The position numbers and the translations under genes are program-made. Of a stretch of 64,000 bases of DNA, positions 25,255 through 39,708 are shown one piece after another; position 1 is the stretch's first letter, and each line of letters begins with the position of its first letter. The stretch lies in assembly GCA_045837725.1 (NCBI GenBank), contig JBEWZL010000162.1, positions 1 through 64,000 of the forward strand, written 5' to 3'. The stretch comes from Vermamoeba vermiformis (lineage: Eukaryota). A model generated the notes under the pieces. The model searched no databases. It was not told the DNA's origin and was given only the letters and a program-made list of their open reading frames with translations.

Positions 25255-27424
25255 TTACTTGCTCCGGTGAAACATGGCTCGTTGTTTAAGTTCAACGCCA
25301 AGCAGATAACATGTGGGTAGCAACGGCCCAGTCAGAACTCGATAAAAATGAATTCTATGGCGCTGGTCACGACCAAGTACGTGCAACTCAAGCTTCCCGT
25401 CATTCCTGTTGCTCGAGATTTTGTTCCTCCGCTGCAAGAAATGGAGTAGCTCGCGTCATTTCGGTGCTTCCGTTGTACTCGCACTGGTCACTTTGTTTTC
25501 GATTGGAATTGTTACAGAATAGCAAATTATTGAAGTTGCTTAAACAACAAGTGTTGGAGCTTTATAGGGTCGCCGCTACTCTAACCGCTCGGATAACTTA
25601 ATGTATATTTGCCTATTAATAATAACAGCTTGTTCATTTTCTTTCAACTGCAGGTCCAGAGTAGGCACAACAGGAGCTGGGAAGCGGATGCCGGTGGCAA
25701 TCAGTGCGCCAAGAGGCCACAAACAGATCTAATAGAATAGTTAATGCATTGTTGGCATATTGATCAACTTACTCTTATTTTTAAAGCCTTCTTGCTGTAC
25801 GTCGCTAACAAAATCTCGCCTGTTTTGGTTGGTACGAAATCCAGGATCGGCGTGGCATGTTGAATATTCGCGACTAAAACTCGCTTATTTTTATCTTTTT
25901 GCGTAATGTCAATGACAGACAGCGAGGATTTCACCAATATCGCTACTTTGGCTGCAAAAAAAAAAGTTAAGACCGAATCCAAAAATTTCAGCAGCAGTTG
26001 CATTAAATTGACTAATTTAGTGACGAGCAAGCTTTATAAAAGTAACTTACAACCGCTTAGCCAATACGATCTTTTAGAATCGCGAACAACATTCAACACT
26101 TGTCTGCTAGTCAGATTGACGAATGCCAGTACGTTTCCCGACTGAATTGTAGCAATCAAGCTCAACTCGCCATTTATAGCGACCTCTCTAACGTCGTTAA
26201 TCACAGTTTTTTCTACGGATCTTGAGCCATGAGGTCCTAATTAGGGAATAAAAGTTTGAGAGGGATCTTCGTCGTGGGCGTCAGAATTCATCTGCTTACC
26301 TTTCCGCCAAAGCGATGGCAAAACATATACTCTCGTACACTCTTGACTAGCATCGCTCATATTAAGCTTAACGACCTACAAGAAATCGTTACAAACGGAT
26401 CCAAATTGATAACCTTTCTATTCTGCATTATATGAGGCATTGCAACTAACTATAATACTTACGCCCTTTTGCTTCAACAAAACCAATATATTTAAGTCTT
26501 TATGCCAATAATGGGCCGTACATCGTCTGATTGACTTGACGAGAACGCATCCAGTTTGTTGGATTCGATAGACGTGTGCTAGCGTTAACGGTGAGAGGTC
26601 ATTCGCAGAATCCATCTATAGTAATATTAGCTGAGGGCGTCTTGAATAACGTGAACAGCGGATCTCAAAGCATTGACTTAAAAAAATTTTCAATTTCACC
26701 CTAGGAGTACGTTAAGTTTTTGATTATAAATACTATATGTACTTACGAACACGACATGTTCATTCGATAGCGCAATTAATTGCCTTGGTTTCTCCAAATT
26801 CAACGTTGTGTGTAATTCTTGACAAACTCGGGGCAGTCTTTCAATTAATGCTTGTTCTAACAAGATTACGGCAGTATTAGTATATACACATACGTTTATA
26901 ACTGCTATACGAAATTAAGTAACCTACCGGTGGAGTCTGAAGGCGATCCCGATCGAATTTCATACTGCACGGATCTGTTTCCAAAAAATTCGGTAATATG
27001 TGACTAATGTCAGTAATATTAAGGAGATTCTTACTTTCGCCACTCAGTAATTCTGCCAACCCGTTTGGCCTTGTAATTTGAGCTTAGTATTAAAAGAATA
27101 ATTCAATAATAATTATAGATAATATTACCATGATGCGCCAATTGATATTACGAGAATAATTTGGAAAATTATTGAGATCTCGTTGAGTAAAAAAATGCAC
27201 GACGGATCTTTTCCAGTCGGTAGACGATGCTAACAAGGTAGCAAAGAATTTTGACGCTTCATATAAATTAGCGAGTTCTAATAGGCCTAAATACGATATA
27301 ACAATCGCTAGACATTCTCGTGGAAGAGCAACGGTGAGCAAATCTATTTCACCTGCGAGTAAAACAATTAAATCAGTGTCAAATAATTAAATGTGTAAAT
27401 ATACTTGCTTGTATTGTGCTCCAT
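25255..27424 (-). CDS. F-box protein with a beta-rich (possibly WD-like) C-terminal region
   Basis: LPRECLAIVISYLGLLELANLYEASKFF is an F-box; many spliced exons follow. Both ends are approximate. Confidence 0.65.
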
Positions 27425-27531
27425 GGTCAAATGAGGCTAATCGAATCTACGGTAACGCGGTTTTTCTTTCAATTCTCAATATTTTCTGTTTTTTATTGAT
27501 TAAATTCTACTCTACAGGCTGGCTGACGGAT

Positions 27532-28128
27532 CTAATGCTTGCAAGGGTACCAAATGGCAGTATTGTACCAGATTCCAATGTTACGTATGTCTGTCTTCGC
27601 TGGTTTGCCCGCACAACCGTCTTTGGGGAAGTCGCTGTGCGAAATGACTTGATTGTGCTCCGAGCAGTAGGTGTTCATGCCACTGCCACAATAGGTAGTT
27701 GGTAGGGCGTACGAAGACACCAGGGGGGTACTTTGATCTGGTTTCACGTATGTTTTACTGATTGCGTAACCGCCGTGCATTAGCGTATAGTAATCGGGCT
27801 CAGCTCGCGTGCATTGGTACATAACAAAGCCATAAATAGGATTAGGTGAACATTGGCGTAGGGGATAGAGGCCAGCTGAAATACAACTGTTGCATCCTGA
27901 ATCCGAACAAACGAATTTTTGTGCATTTAATCCATCGTTGCAGCTGTACTTAATCCACGAAGAGCCAGTAGTATTGGTAATATCAAAGACACAATCGCCG
28001 TTGTACGATCGAAGGTACCCAAGGTACTGCGCATCCGCGCAATCCGACATTAGTAACCAGTCCGCACGGACTGCTCCAATGATTATAGCAAATAAACAAA
28101 ATAATATACACGACAGATGTGTTGCCAT
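27532..28128 (-). CDS. Small secreted Cys-rich protein, intronless
   Basis: 198-aa ORF with a signal peptide and about 10 Cys in the mature part. Confidence 0.8.
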   Translation of the reverse strand: MATHLSCILFCLFAIIIGAVRADWLLMSDCADAQYLGYLRSYNGDCVFDITNTTGSSWIKYSCNDGLNAQKFVCSDSGCNSCISAGLYPLRQCSPNPIYGFVMYQCTRAEPDYYTLMHGGYAISKTYVKPDQSTPLVSSYALPTTYCGSGMNTYCSEHNQVISHSDFPKDGCAGKPAKTDIRNIGIWYNTAIWYPCKH

Positions 28129-28748
28129 TGTTGTGATTCAAACAGTACAATCGATCGCAACTATTTTTAGGTTTAAGTTTTGAAAGTTCTGCCGTATTTT
28201 TCAGGCGAATAATCAGACTCCGAACGGTTTCATTTTGCTTTAATAAATAATAGATATGAGCAGTAGCGTGACCTATCGTAGTCTAAGAGCAGTTCTAATC
28301 ACCTGATACGGTCCAGCATGAGTCAGTCTGGGGACTTTTTCTCCTAATGCGCAACTACGATTTGCAAGAGATCAATATCGCGTAAAATAATTATTGATAA
28401 TTTTCTCTGATAGGGTTATCAATAGCTTCGAAGCGCAATTCCCAACAAACTAGTCCGACTAAGTACAATCTTCGAGATAATTCTAGCTACTGAAGTGGTG
28501 TGCGAGGAGATATTAGAAAAAATACTAAACTGATTATTACACAGATATTTATGTTTCGTTTTTTCGCACGAGTTGTCCGTCGAATTTTCAGCCAGCAGCT
28601 TTTTTCGTGTTTAATACGCAGCCGGCGTATTTGTTCATTATTCATTTATATGTATACTACACCTCTGTAGTTGTAAATATTATTGCTACTAATAGTGAAT
28701 GAGGTGAAGCAAATTTAAGTTATTTTTCGGAAAGCACGCGATCTCAAA

Positions 28749-30036
28749 ATGAAGTCACGCTATTTAATCGTCTTACTGGCCATCATAGCTTGCATTTGTA
28801 TGGTAAATATTATTTAATTGATAATAATACTCAATGGGCTATTAATTAGCAAGAATCAAATTTAGTTTAATATTATTAATTTCGTTCTATCAGCACGAAA
28901 GTTTATTATTTATGCGGCTAATAATTGATATCCATTCAATTACCATTTATCAATAATTTCCTTCAAATATTAATTTTATATTTTATGCCAGAGTTTCTGT
29001 GAAGAATCCAATGAAAAAAATGAAGACGGCTCTCCGCGAAAGACGCCAATGTCAATATCAGCGTGCAACAATTGTATGTACAATAGGAATGGTACTTGCT
29101 GCGGGGCAAATTGCTGTCAAGCTGGCACGATCTGTTGTCAATCTGCGTATTCTTCGGCTGGTAGCTGCTGCGACGTAAGTAGCCTCAATTTTTGTACGAG
29201 CAATAACACTTTAATAATATTTAATATTAGTCCTCGTTGTACCGATGTGGAATTGATGGCACTTGCGAACTCAGATACGACAATCCACCGCCAAGTTACT
29301 CAAACTCGAACTTTTGTAAGTATTTATGAACAAAATGCATACAATAAGATATAGTAAGAATAATTTAAACTCGATCGTGCCGTAACCTTAATCAAAATTA
29401 AGAATTGCCGATCAGTTTTTACGAATAGTTTGTTAATTATTGTTTTGCACTTAGATAACTGGCAAGTGTTGCTATTTATTATGTGGGTCGCTATAATGCT
29501 CTGCGCGGGTGTTTGCCGAGTTTGCGCGCGTTATCGTCGAAATCGAGCGGTGATCGAGATCAACCAGCCTGACAACGCAGCAGTCATCGTCGTGCGACCT
29601 AACGAACGTGCTCCGTTGTTAATGTTCCCTCAGGTAATTAATCTATATAATTTAAAGCCTTCTGGATCCCTTTGAACAAGATCCTTTATTTCCTATTTTG
29701 GAAATTACCTTAGAAATGGCTTAGGCGTCTTGTTAGCACCTTAAAATTGATACTAACGCGATATTATAGGGAGGTCAACCAGGTCGTATAACAGCGGCTA
29801 AGAAAGGACTTACTACGAGACAAATTATGGCGATCCCGACGAAGATCTACAGCAAACAAGATTTCTTGCAAGAAGGCGCGGACGTCGATTGCGTCATCTG
29901 TTTGTGCGAGTACAAAGAAGGCGATTTAATTCGCATATTGTTGTGCGGCCATCATTACCACGCGCAATGTATCGACAAATGGTTCTTGGAGAATTCAGTA
30001 TGCTGTTTGTGTAAAATGGACCATTCCCATCTGTAA
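28749..30036 (+). CDS. Type-I membrane RING-H2 E3 ubiquitin ligase with a Cys-rich ectodomain
   Basis: Signal peptide, CC-rich exon, one TM segment and CVICLCEY...CGHHYHAQCIDKW...CCLC. Confidence 0.88.
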
Positions 30037-30199
30037 TATATAAACTGTTGATAGGGATGTTAATATAAATCGGTTCTAATTGCTGTGAATCGATTTTGGT
30101 GAGTTCAATCCGGATCCAAAACTAAAATTGATAAAAAAGCGGAAAACTTTCGTTTTGCGGCAGTAATTGCATATTTATATATTTTGTATACAAAGTGCA

Positions 30200-33178
30200 A
30201 TGTTTCGCTTAGCAAGGCACTGGAAAAAATTAACCGGATCCGTTGCAGTAAGTGCGGCACTCGGCGGAGCTGTATTTTTGACAGCGACGGGAAATAAAGA
30301 GGATCCGGAGAAAAATCGACAATTAAGAATTAAAGATACTCAAATTAAAATACCATCGCGGGAAGAACACCTTGCTAAGCTCAAATCCAAGACTTTATTT
30401 GACGTTTTGGTAATTGGCGGTGGTGCGACTGGTACAGGCATAGCATTGGTGAGTATAATTAATTAGCTTAGTATTTATCATACTGAATAGCATTCGGTAT
30501 TTTTCAGATTAATTCTATTTATTCATGAATTTTTTATTTTGGATCTGCCCGCCAATTATATTCTAATCGTTATTCGTCTATGATCGAATTCAATTTGAAA
30601 ATATTATTATGTGTATATCCTCCTTATTATTTTGATTATCAATCGCGTGACGCGGGACCTAAATCCGATAATTTTTAGGACTGTGCTACTAGAGGCATTA
30701 ATGTCGCACTCGTAGGTCAGTAAATAAATTAAAATTATTTTCAATCTTTAACCTATTATTTCAACTGATAGAGCGCGAAGATTTCGCATCTGGTACTTCG
30801 AGTAGATCTACCAAACTCATTCACGGAGGTGTTCGTAAGTCTATATCAAGTCATCGACATATTACTTTAGTACTATTTATGATAATATAATCCTTATCGA
30901 TGACTTTATACACGAGATCCAGATTCGTTAGAGTTTGTCGTTTACATGATGTTTGTGAATAGGCTACCTCGAAGCAGCTATTAAAAACTTGGACTATAGT
31001 CAAGTGCACTTAGTATTTGAAGCGCTGCACGAACGAACTACATTCTTGAACATTGCTCCACATCTGACGCGAAAACTTCCTCTGTTAACTCCTTGCTACA
31101 AGTACGCTCTATAATTATGGATATATATAATACTCGTATTAACGTAAATATATTACAATAGATGGTACGAAATTCCCTACATGTACACTGGTCTTGCAAT
31201 GTACGATCTGCTTTCTGGCAAAGGAAAACTCGGAAAGTACGTACTAAAATAGCAAAATAATTAAGGATATTAATATAATATTGATACTATAGTACTGCTA
31301 TAATCTCAAAGGCCAAGTCGCTTGAAAAGTTCCCGCAGTTAGCGAGCGAGAATTTGAAAGGCACCATTTTGTATTACGACGGACAAATGAACGACAGCAG
31401 AATGAACGTCTCATTGGCCACCACCGCTGCTGTAAAGGGCGCTTCCTTGGCTAATTACGTTGAAGTCGTCGAACTATTAAAGGTATGTGGATTCGCATCC
31501 AAAACAAAAAGATCCGAATCTCGTTTCCTTGACAATACTTTTACGAGGAATTGCTCCATATTTATTCTTTATAATATGTATACTATTTATCCTAATATGG
31601 AGTTGATAGGATAAAACTGAGCCCAACAAATTGATCGGCGCGAAAGTGAAAGATAATTTGACCGGTGAAGTGTGGGACATTCACGCGAAGATTATTGTCA
31701 ATGCTACTGGTCCTTATGTTGGTACGTATTACCTATATATAATTACTCCTTACGATCAGAGTATTTAAAACAAAAATTAATGGATCCAGATCCGCTTGGA
31801 AAAATCAAAAATTTATTTCAAATTTGATGGATTTATTCAAATATGATAGTATTATCTTATATATATTTTTCTTTGCAGACCACATTCGATTGATGAATGA
31901 CCCGAGTGCGCACAAAATGATCAAGCCGAGCAATGGCACGCACATCATGATCCCGCAGAAATTTGCAGCCAAAGACGCGGGCGTATTAATTCCGAAGACG
32001 AAGGACGGCAGAGTATTGTTCTTGTTGCCCTGGGAGAACCGCGTGCTCGCCGGAACTACTGACTCAGAAGCGGAATTACTCGACCACCCAGTGCCGCAAC
32101 AACAAGAAGTCGATTTTATTCTCGAAGAATTGAATCGAATTCTCGCCGAGCCTGTCACGCCCAATGACGTGCTGTCGGTGTGGAGCGGCATCAGACCCCT
32201 CGCCAAGCCATTGAAAGTGAAAGAGAATCAGGACACAAAAGCGATATCACGTGATCACGTGGTCGAGGTCAGTGACAACGGCTTGTTGACGATTACTGGT
32301 GGCAAGTGGACCACCTACAGGAAAATGGCGCAGGACATTACGGATCGCATTGAAGATCGCGAAGAAATGAAGCAGAAACCTAAAGTAAGCAAGAAAAACA
32401 ACCTATTATTGATTTTATGGGCATATTACTATATAGTAATGGTATGCTATGTGAAATTTTGTTTTGGATGAGCCAAGCGGATCCAGATCTAACGAGTGCA
32501 TCCAGATCAAGTGTTTCACGGATGAAGTGCCACTTATTGGTGCACTAGGCTACAATAGTGCTGAAGTGCAAGAAGAATTGAAGCGCAAATATCATCGCTA
32601 CAATAAGGCGGAGAAGAAACATCATCCCATCGATGACGACATTGCGGAACATTTGGCGCACTCTTACGGATCTAGGTACAAACTAACAAATATACACTAT
32701 TGATGTATCACTATAATAATGCTAATAATCTTGTTATTTCAGAGCTGCTTTAGTCGGTGAATTAGCGCAACAAGGTTACGGTCAACGATTGGCGCCTGAT
32801 TTTCCTTTTTTGGAAGCGGAAGTCGTGTATTGCGCTACTAACGGTAAGTTAGCTTAAATTAACTATAAGAGTATTTGATATTAACATCTAATGTTTAGAA
32901 TACGCTGCCACTGCTGTGGATGTGTTAGCACGACGAACACGATTAGCCTTTTTAGACACCAATGCTGCGAGAAAAGCACTGCCGCGAGTTGTAAGTCATG
33001 TGCTTAATACAGATCTAATTATAATATAATATCCATTAATTATTGATCGTTGTAGATTGACTTAATGGCGGCTACGCTGAAGTGGGATGCGAAGAGAAAA
33101 CAAAAAGAAGAAAATAACGCGTTGAAATTCTTGGAAACAATGCATGTCAATAATACTAATAATAACGCGCAGAAGTAA
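30200..33178 (+). CDS. GPD2: Mitochondrial FAD-dependent glycerol-3-phosphate dehydrogenase
   Basis: [70 protein letters not shown]. Confidence 0.97.
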
Positions 33179-33365
33179 ATTGAAACGAATTTTTGAAAAA
33201 CACCATAACACCAAATAGGCCATTAGACCGAAATTTCGGAGGATCTATTTGACCGACCACGTTTAAAAATATTTCGTTCCTCTAACAGCACCTTATATGC
33301 GAATACTACCGCAACCACATAGTGGATTGATGATAAGGAACATTGCCAAACCCATTCTCAGCAGC

Positions 33366-34497
33366 ATGTCTACGCATCCAGCTTTAGGCGCTTCCAAAGT
33401 ATTTCAATCTGAACTCGTAAGTCATTTACAAATACAAAATAATATTATTTAGCTGTTGCAGTACTCATCGTAATATTGTTCAGGGTCCGATCAACTATCG
33501 CGAAGTAGGTCCCGCTGATGGCGAACCGCTGGTCTTCGTCAATGGAGCGTTTGTTAACGCAGGTAAGACATATAGTTATGGATAGTCGTACAAATCTTAT
33601 CTTAAGATACGGAGCTATGAACTAATCCGACGCATCCAGATACTTGGCGAAATGTGATTCCTTCTTTCTCTGACAAGTACAAGTGCATTGCGGTAGAATT
33701 ACCAATTGGCTCTCATAGTATTGTACGTTCACTAAGTGAGGCATTCCATATAAATTTGGCTCATTGCTATTTTTAGCCAACAAACGGAAAAGTGGATCTT
33801 ACCCCAGAAACTCTCGCGCTGACGCTCGGATCATTCGTTAACAGCCTCAGCCTCAAACAAAAGCCAACCCTTATTGCTAATGACACTGCGGGAGCACTGA
33901 CTCAGATCCTGATCTCGAAAAAGCCCGAGCTCCCTTCGCGAGTGGTTCTGGTCTCGTGCGACGCCCTCAAAAACTTTCCACCAGGCATATTTTGGACCTT
34001 CAGAATCGCTGCTCGACTTCCAGGCTTCACTTGGACTATCAAACAGATCTTCAGCCGTCCAACTCTGCGCAACTCACCCGCGTACCTGGGCTGGCTCGCG
34101 AAAAAGCCAATCGATGAGAAAGTGGTTGAAGCCTACACCAAGCCGTTCTTAACTAACATCGGTGTGCAGCGCGACGTAATCAGCGTTTGCAAAAATCTTC
34201 ATAACAAGTACGCTCAACTACAGTTAGCATATCTTTCTCGCGATCAATGCTTACATTATGATCTTTAGGTACACCCTTGAAGCGGCGAAGACATTTCCTT
34301 CATTTACTAAACCAGTGCTCCTTGCGTGGGCTTCAGAAGAAAAGTTGTTCCCGCCAGCTGATGCGGAACAACTCCACAAGCTGTTCCCCAACAGCAAATT
34401 GGTTTACATTAAGGACTCATACACGCTCGTTCAAGAAGATCAGCCGCAAGAGTTGGCGAAGCACATCCGCGAGTTCTTGAACCAGAACAAGATCTGA
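33366..34497 (+). CDS. Alpha/beta-fold hydrolase, bacterial type
   Basis: PLVFVNG, ELPIGSH, ANDTAGA nucleophile elbow, NFPP, KPVLLAW, DSYTLVQEDQP; 4 introns. Confidence 0.88.
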
Positions 34498-34595
34498 GGT
34501 CGAGCAATGTTGCTCTTTTTTAGATAATATTTTTAAACGATTTTGTAAATAAATTAAGCTTTTATTAGCCCAAAATTGTTCGCAGAGTACTTTTT

Positions 34596-37582
34596 TTACA
34601 TTAACTTGAGTGCCTTGGATTGTGACGCAGCTTTCTTCTTTTTCTCAATGTCAGCGTTGTACATCTCCATCTTTTGCTTCTTCAAGGCTTGCATGTCTTG
34701 GCTAGCCTCTTTTTGAAGCTTTGAAAACATTTGTGCGGATTGCGAGTAGTTGGTGCGATCCGTTTGAGAAGCAGCAACGATATTCTAAAATAATAATGTT
34801 AAATCATGCTAAGTAATATAATACATTTAGCCATACCTTGCCCTCCTTGATCGTTTTCATCGTTTCCTTTACGCTGGCTTGAGTTTTGGCAGTGCCTGAC
34901 AATTTTTCTTTGCGCTTGATCTCGTTCTCTTTAGTCTCCTCGCGCACTTTGTGGTGATGCTTTCGTCGTCTGCGGAGTCGTTTCTTATCTTCTGAGTCCA
35001 ACTCTGCCTCTGACTTGAGCGTAAGCTTGTCCTTTTCGTAAATTTCCTAAAATAGGCGAATCCAGTCAGATCAGATTCGTTTGGCAAATAAAGTAACGTA
35101 CCTCTGGTGCCAATCTTTGAGCATCGCTAACAGCCATAGGCAATATTTCTTCCATTTGAATGGCAGCAACATCCTTAACTTTCTTGATCTCGATATCATC
35201 GCGAACTTTTGTAGGAGCGAATTGAGCGTGAGCCAGCGCATCCAGCTTGAAACATATTTTTCTGAATAATTTCGCAACTTCTTGGTGTTCTTTAGTCATT
35301 TCAGTCTCTTCTACCACGCCAGCAGTCTGTTTCAAATAATCTTCTTCGTACAACTCGCTGAGACTCTGTAAATGGTAGTAATGCTTAGATAAGACTCTAA
35401 ATATGTATAATTATATATACTACGCACCTTCTTGCTCTTGGTAGCATCAAGATCGACAGAAGTATCGCGGTGATCGCCCCTAAGATCAAAAGTTTAGCAC
35501 ATCCGACGCGATCCACAACAATTTGTTTTTCCGCTTACCTCTTTGGTTTTTCAACTCTCTTAATAACGTCGTCAAAGGCGCCATCAATAATACGTTGTCT
35601 AATAAGGTCTTCGATTTTAGTAGTAACTTCTTGGGTGATTGTAGGAGCAACTTTGGTCGCGTGTTGGAACTCGATAGGCTCTTCTAACAAACTGTTGACT
35701 GGACGTTTGTTGGCTTGAATTTCACCGAGCAATTGCCATCCTCGGCCTTCGAGGTTCTCTTCTTCTAATTTTCGGATCTTTTCTTCGAGTCGCTTTTGTC
35801 GGATCTCGTGGCGAGATTTACGTTGTTCTTCGGCTACAAACGAGTTAATGTAAATATATTAGACGCGAAATAGCAATGCTTACTCAAGTTGCCATCGTCA
35901 TCCGATTCTTCGTCCATCACTTCTTGCTCCAGTTGCTTGATCTGCTTGTTCATATTTTGACGCTCTTTCTCATAATTAGACAAGAATGCAAACTCATCGT
36001 CGTCATCAATATCTTCTTCTTCCATATCTTCATCGTCATCACCAGTCCTGTAACGAATCCAAAGCTCAGTACGCGAATTTATCAATTTTATCAGCTTTTG
36101 CCCAGTTATTTCCAGGATTAAATTGATTAATTATATTTATGTCGCTTAAATGAGTAAGAAGAAGCTGAACTTACTTGGGAGGAGCAAAGAAGTCAGAATA
36201 CTTCATCTTAGCCGGATCCACTTCTCCGTCGTCCTCGTCCTCGTCCTCGTCTTCATCCTCGTCCTCGTCGTCATTTTTAATCATCTTTTTGGTCTTTTTA
36301 AAGAAAGCTTCGAGCTTTTTGTCTTCGTCGTCCATTTCTATAAAAATACAAGTCAGTTCATTTATTCTTATTGTTAGCAACCCTTATTAAGCAGCCGCGG
36401 TACGTATGTATTGATATGAATTTTCTAATAGTGTGATAACTAATGCTCGCTTACCTCCTTGGAAGTCGCCGAATCCGTCGCGCTCGCCGTACATCAGATC
36501 TCGTGCCATTTCATCGTCGTCTTCATCATCTTCATCCTTGTCTTCATCTTCATCATCGTCATCAAAGAAATTGTCTCCTTGTTCCTATATTTAATAGTTA
36601 GAATCTTAATCCAAACACGCGTGATCCTTGGATGTGCACTTACATCGGCATCGTCCAAAAACTTCTCGAGCTCATCTAATTTAAAGAACTCGTCATCGAC
36701 TGCCGAGCCCTTCTTTTGTGCACTCTTGTTATTGCTGGCCTTAGTGTCCTTCTTGTTATTTTTGCCCGTCGATCCAACAGGTTCGAGGTCTGGCAGATCG
36801 TCTTCTTCATCTTCTCCGTCGTCATCATCGAATTCACCATCCATATCTTCATCGTCCATATTCTCACTATCATCAATACCGTCCATTTCTGCATCCATCA
36901 TAGCTTCATCCTCCGAATCCATCTGAAAAAATTATTAAATATTTCCAAATAAATTTAAAGCGATAGTATTATTATGTATATTGATTTTATAGTATTTTTA
37001 ACGAGCTAATACTTACCTCAGGAAGAAGGTTACCGAGATCCAATTCCAGATCGTCGTCATTTTCCCTCAAAGCATCGAGGTTGGCCTCAATAAAGTCCAA
37101 TAATGGTTCATTTTGCATATTAAGTTCTTCCCAAATTTGTTCGCAATCAAAACCGTCTACGATCAGCGCTTTCAGCGGGCCTGTCAGATTCTTCATCTTG
37201 GGAAGTTCATTTTGTTTAGCTAAGCAGAAAAAATATGTTAATATAGGCTGCAAAAAAATAGATTCAATTGCGACTTTATTCTGAGCCAAAATGTCAGATT
37301 TAGATCGCGATCGGATTTGGATTTAGTCGTTAAAAATGAGAAAAAATTGCTATTTACTTTCCAATAATTAATTCATATGATATACCATCATAGGAAGATT
37401 TGGGATAACTTACCGAGGTCAAATAACGTTTTGGTAATATTAGTCAGCTTCTTTTCTAGATCTTGATCCTCTTGCACAAATTTCTCAGGGTGTGCATTAA
37501 TATCCTTATTAAATACATTTAATACGTCATCTATTTGCTTTTCTGGGTCTGGCGTAAATCTCTTTCCTGTTGCGGTTGCCAT
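34596..37582 (-). CDS. MPP10: U3 snoRNP protein Mpp10
   Basis: GFDCEQIWEEL, acidic tracts, WQLLGEIQANKRPVNSLLEE, RIIDGAFDDV, KLDAL, AIQMEEILP; C-terminus KALKLM. Confidence 0.95.
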
Positions 37583-38047
37583 CGCGTATCCGATCTAGTC
37601 CTCTTGAACAAATAAGTATATACAAGCTATTATACAACAAAGTGTGATATAGAGCACCAACTTAGGACAAAAAAAGAGCAGAACATAAATTTTGGGTTTG
37701 AAAACGGTTTCAAAACCAAAAAAAAAAGCACTTCAACTCGCCTGGTGAATCAACTGACTATACTTCATGTCGATACACTTATAAGTACTTATAAAGACAT
37801 CACATGCATCAAAAATTCGAAGTTACCAATGCATTCAGTTAGTGGTCAGGAAAGGTAAGAATGATAGGCCTCTGTTCGACGCTTGCGTCCTCCTTCTCGC
37901 GGAGAAAGTTAGAACGTAATTTGGCTTGCTTGCTTCCGCGTCTTTGGTGAAATGTCAGGGGAGATTCCGCCGGCACTTATTGGCATGATCTTTTTTTTGC
38001 GCTTTTTATTTATTCTTTGTTCAACAGTGCAACAACAAAGGTTGTGA

Positions 38048-39549
38048 ATGGCTCGCAAAATTAGTGTGATTTGCATTGTTCTTTTATTTATCGCCTTGGC
38101 GGCTGCATCCCTTGTGGTGAGTAACAATTTCAACGGTTGGATTTGGATTTAAAATATTTTCGGCAACAGCACATCGATGTTTCAACACAAGCAGACGGCG
38201 TTATTTTCTACGGGAACTATATCTTCGGAGACCCCTACGCTGCATCCGGTGATAAGGTCATTTACTTCTCGTTGCAAGATCAGACAAACACTTCCTCTAC
38301 CATTGCGGTCATCGCGCAAGTCGACGCTAATGGCCGCTTCACTGAAGTGGTAAGAGAGTCGGTCAATGTTAGAACGTCCCAAGTCTTTACCAACGGCAAC
38401 TGGTGGGGAGTGCTCAGAGGAAACGGAACGATCCTTTGGAAACTGGACGCTTCCAACAACATTGTCAACAAGACCAGTTTCGACACAATGGGGTCCACTT
38501 ACTACTTGAAGATGCTCTCCGATGATACTATTGTTGCGCAAGTTGCAAGCCAGATCGTCACCTATACTCTTCAATCCGGTGTCTGGACTGCCAGCAGCAA
38601 CGTCATTCCTTATCCTGCATACAACACTGGTGGTATATATGCTATCGACAACTACATGGTCACCGTCAATGAGACAGGTACCATCATGATCTACACTCGC
38701 ACCACTGGGGACTGGAGCTTCTCGGAGTCCCTTGAGACGAACCTGACCGTGCCTAATGCCCCCACGTACATCTTTCACAATGGCGTCGACACTGTCTTCA
38801 TCTGTCACGCAGTTACTCCTTATGCCGGTGGTTTAGGTATTCTCGAGACCTTCACCAAAGTGAACGGAGAATGGAAGCATCAAGTGCTCACTAACGCGGA
38901 TCTGGGGCTTTCTGCCATGTCGTACATTGGCTATGATAGCGGTGTTATTGTCGATAAGGATAATTTCCTCGTTGGTGCTGCGTACGATGGCTACTCGCAG
39001 AAGCGAGGAGGTACCAAATATGGATCTGGCCTTTTGATGCAACGACAACCAGACAACACGTGGACTAGAACGGTCAACTTCACGACTCAAGACAATGGAC
39101 TCTTTGCCTCTACTTCATTGGTCGTGAACAACTACTTTGCCTTTGTTACGTGCCAACCCAGCACGGTACCTGAATGTCGGTTCTACACTACTCCTTCGTG
39201 CATTGCTAAGCCCTTCGTGGCCACGTGTACCAACATCAATATCGACAGTTGTGCCGTGGATCTCAGCGCTCTTCCTGCTCTGCCCTACACTCTCAACGAC
39301 TGCAGCACTGCACCCAATGTCACGGTTAATGTCACAGGCACCTCGCGCCAGAACAACGTAATCACCGTCTCGTTGAGCTTCGAGAGACAGCTTGCCACGC
39401 CCTACACCTGCAACGGTACTCTCACGTGCTCTGCTGGCTCACCTCAAAGCGGTCCTGGTTCCAACACGCCCTCCAAGAAAACTAGCGCTGCACCCGTGAC
39501 TTCGTTCGTTGGTGTTGCTGTAGTTGTTGCTCTCGCTGCGTTGTTCTAA
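38048..39549 (+). CDS. Secreted, probably GPI-anchored beta-rich surface protein (paralog 1)
   Basis: Signal-peptide exon, one intron, a long ORF, a Cys-containing C-domain and a hydrophobic tail. Similar to the 58325 and 60169 genes. Confidence 0.85.
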
Positions 39550-39708
39550 GAGCTAATTAGTTCCAATAAATCAGTTCGAAAGAATTGCGCAAGATCAGAC
39601 GAGACGGTCCTGTCTTCTTGTGCACAACGGAAAAGCTCTTTGGATTTTGTGCGCAAAACAGGATTGCAATAGCACCCTTATTATAATTCATAATTAGATA
39701 ATCACGTA

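Noticed and set aside
36150-36952. Plus-strand Ser/hydrophobic ORFs (and similar antisense ORFs elsewhere)
   Set aside because: These are shadows of the acidic tracts of MPP10 and of other real genes.
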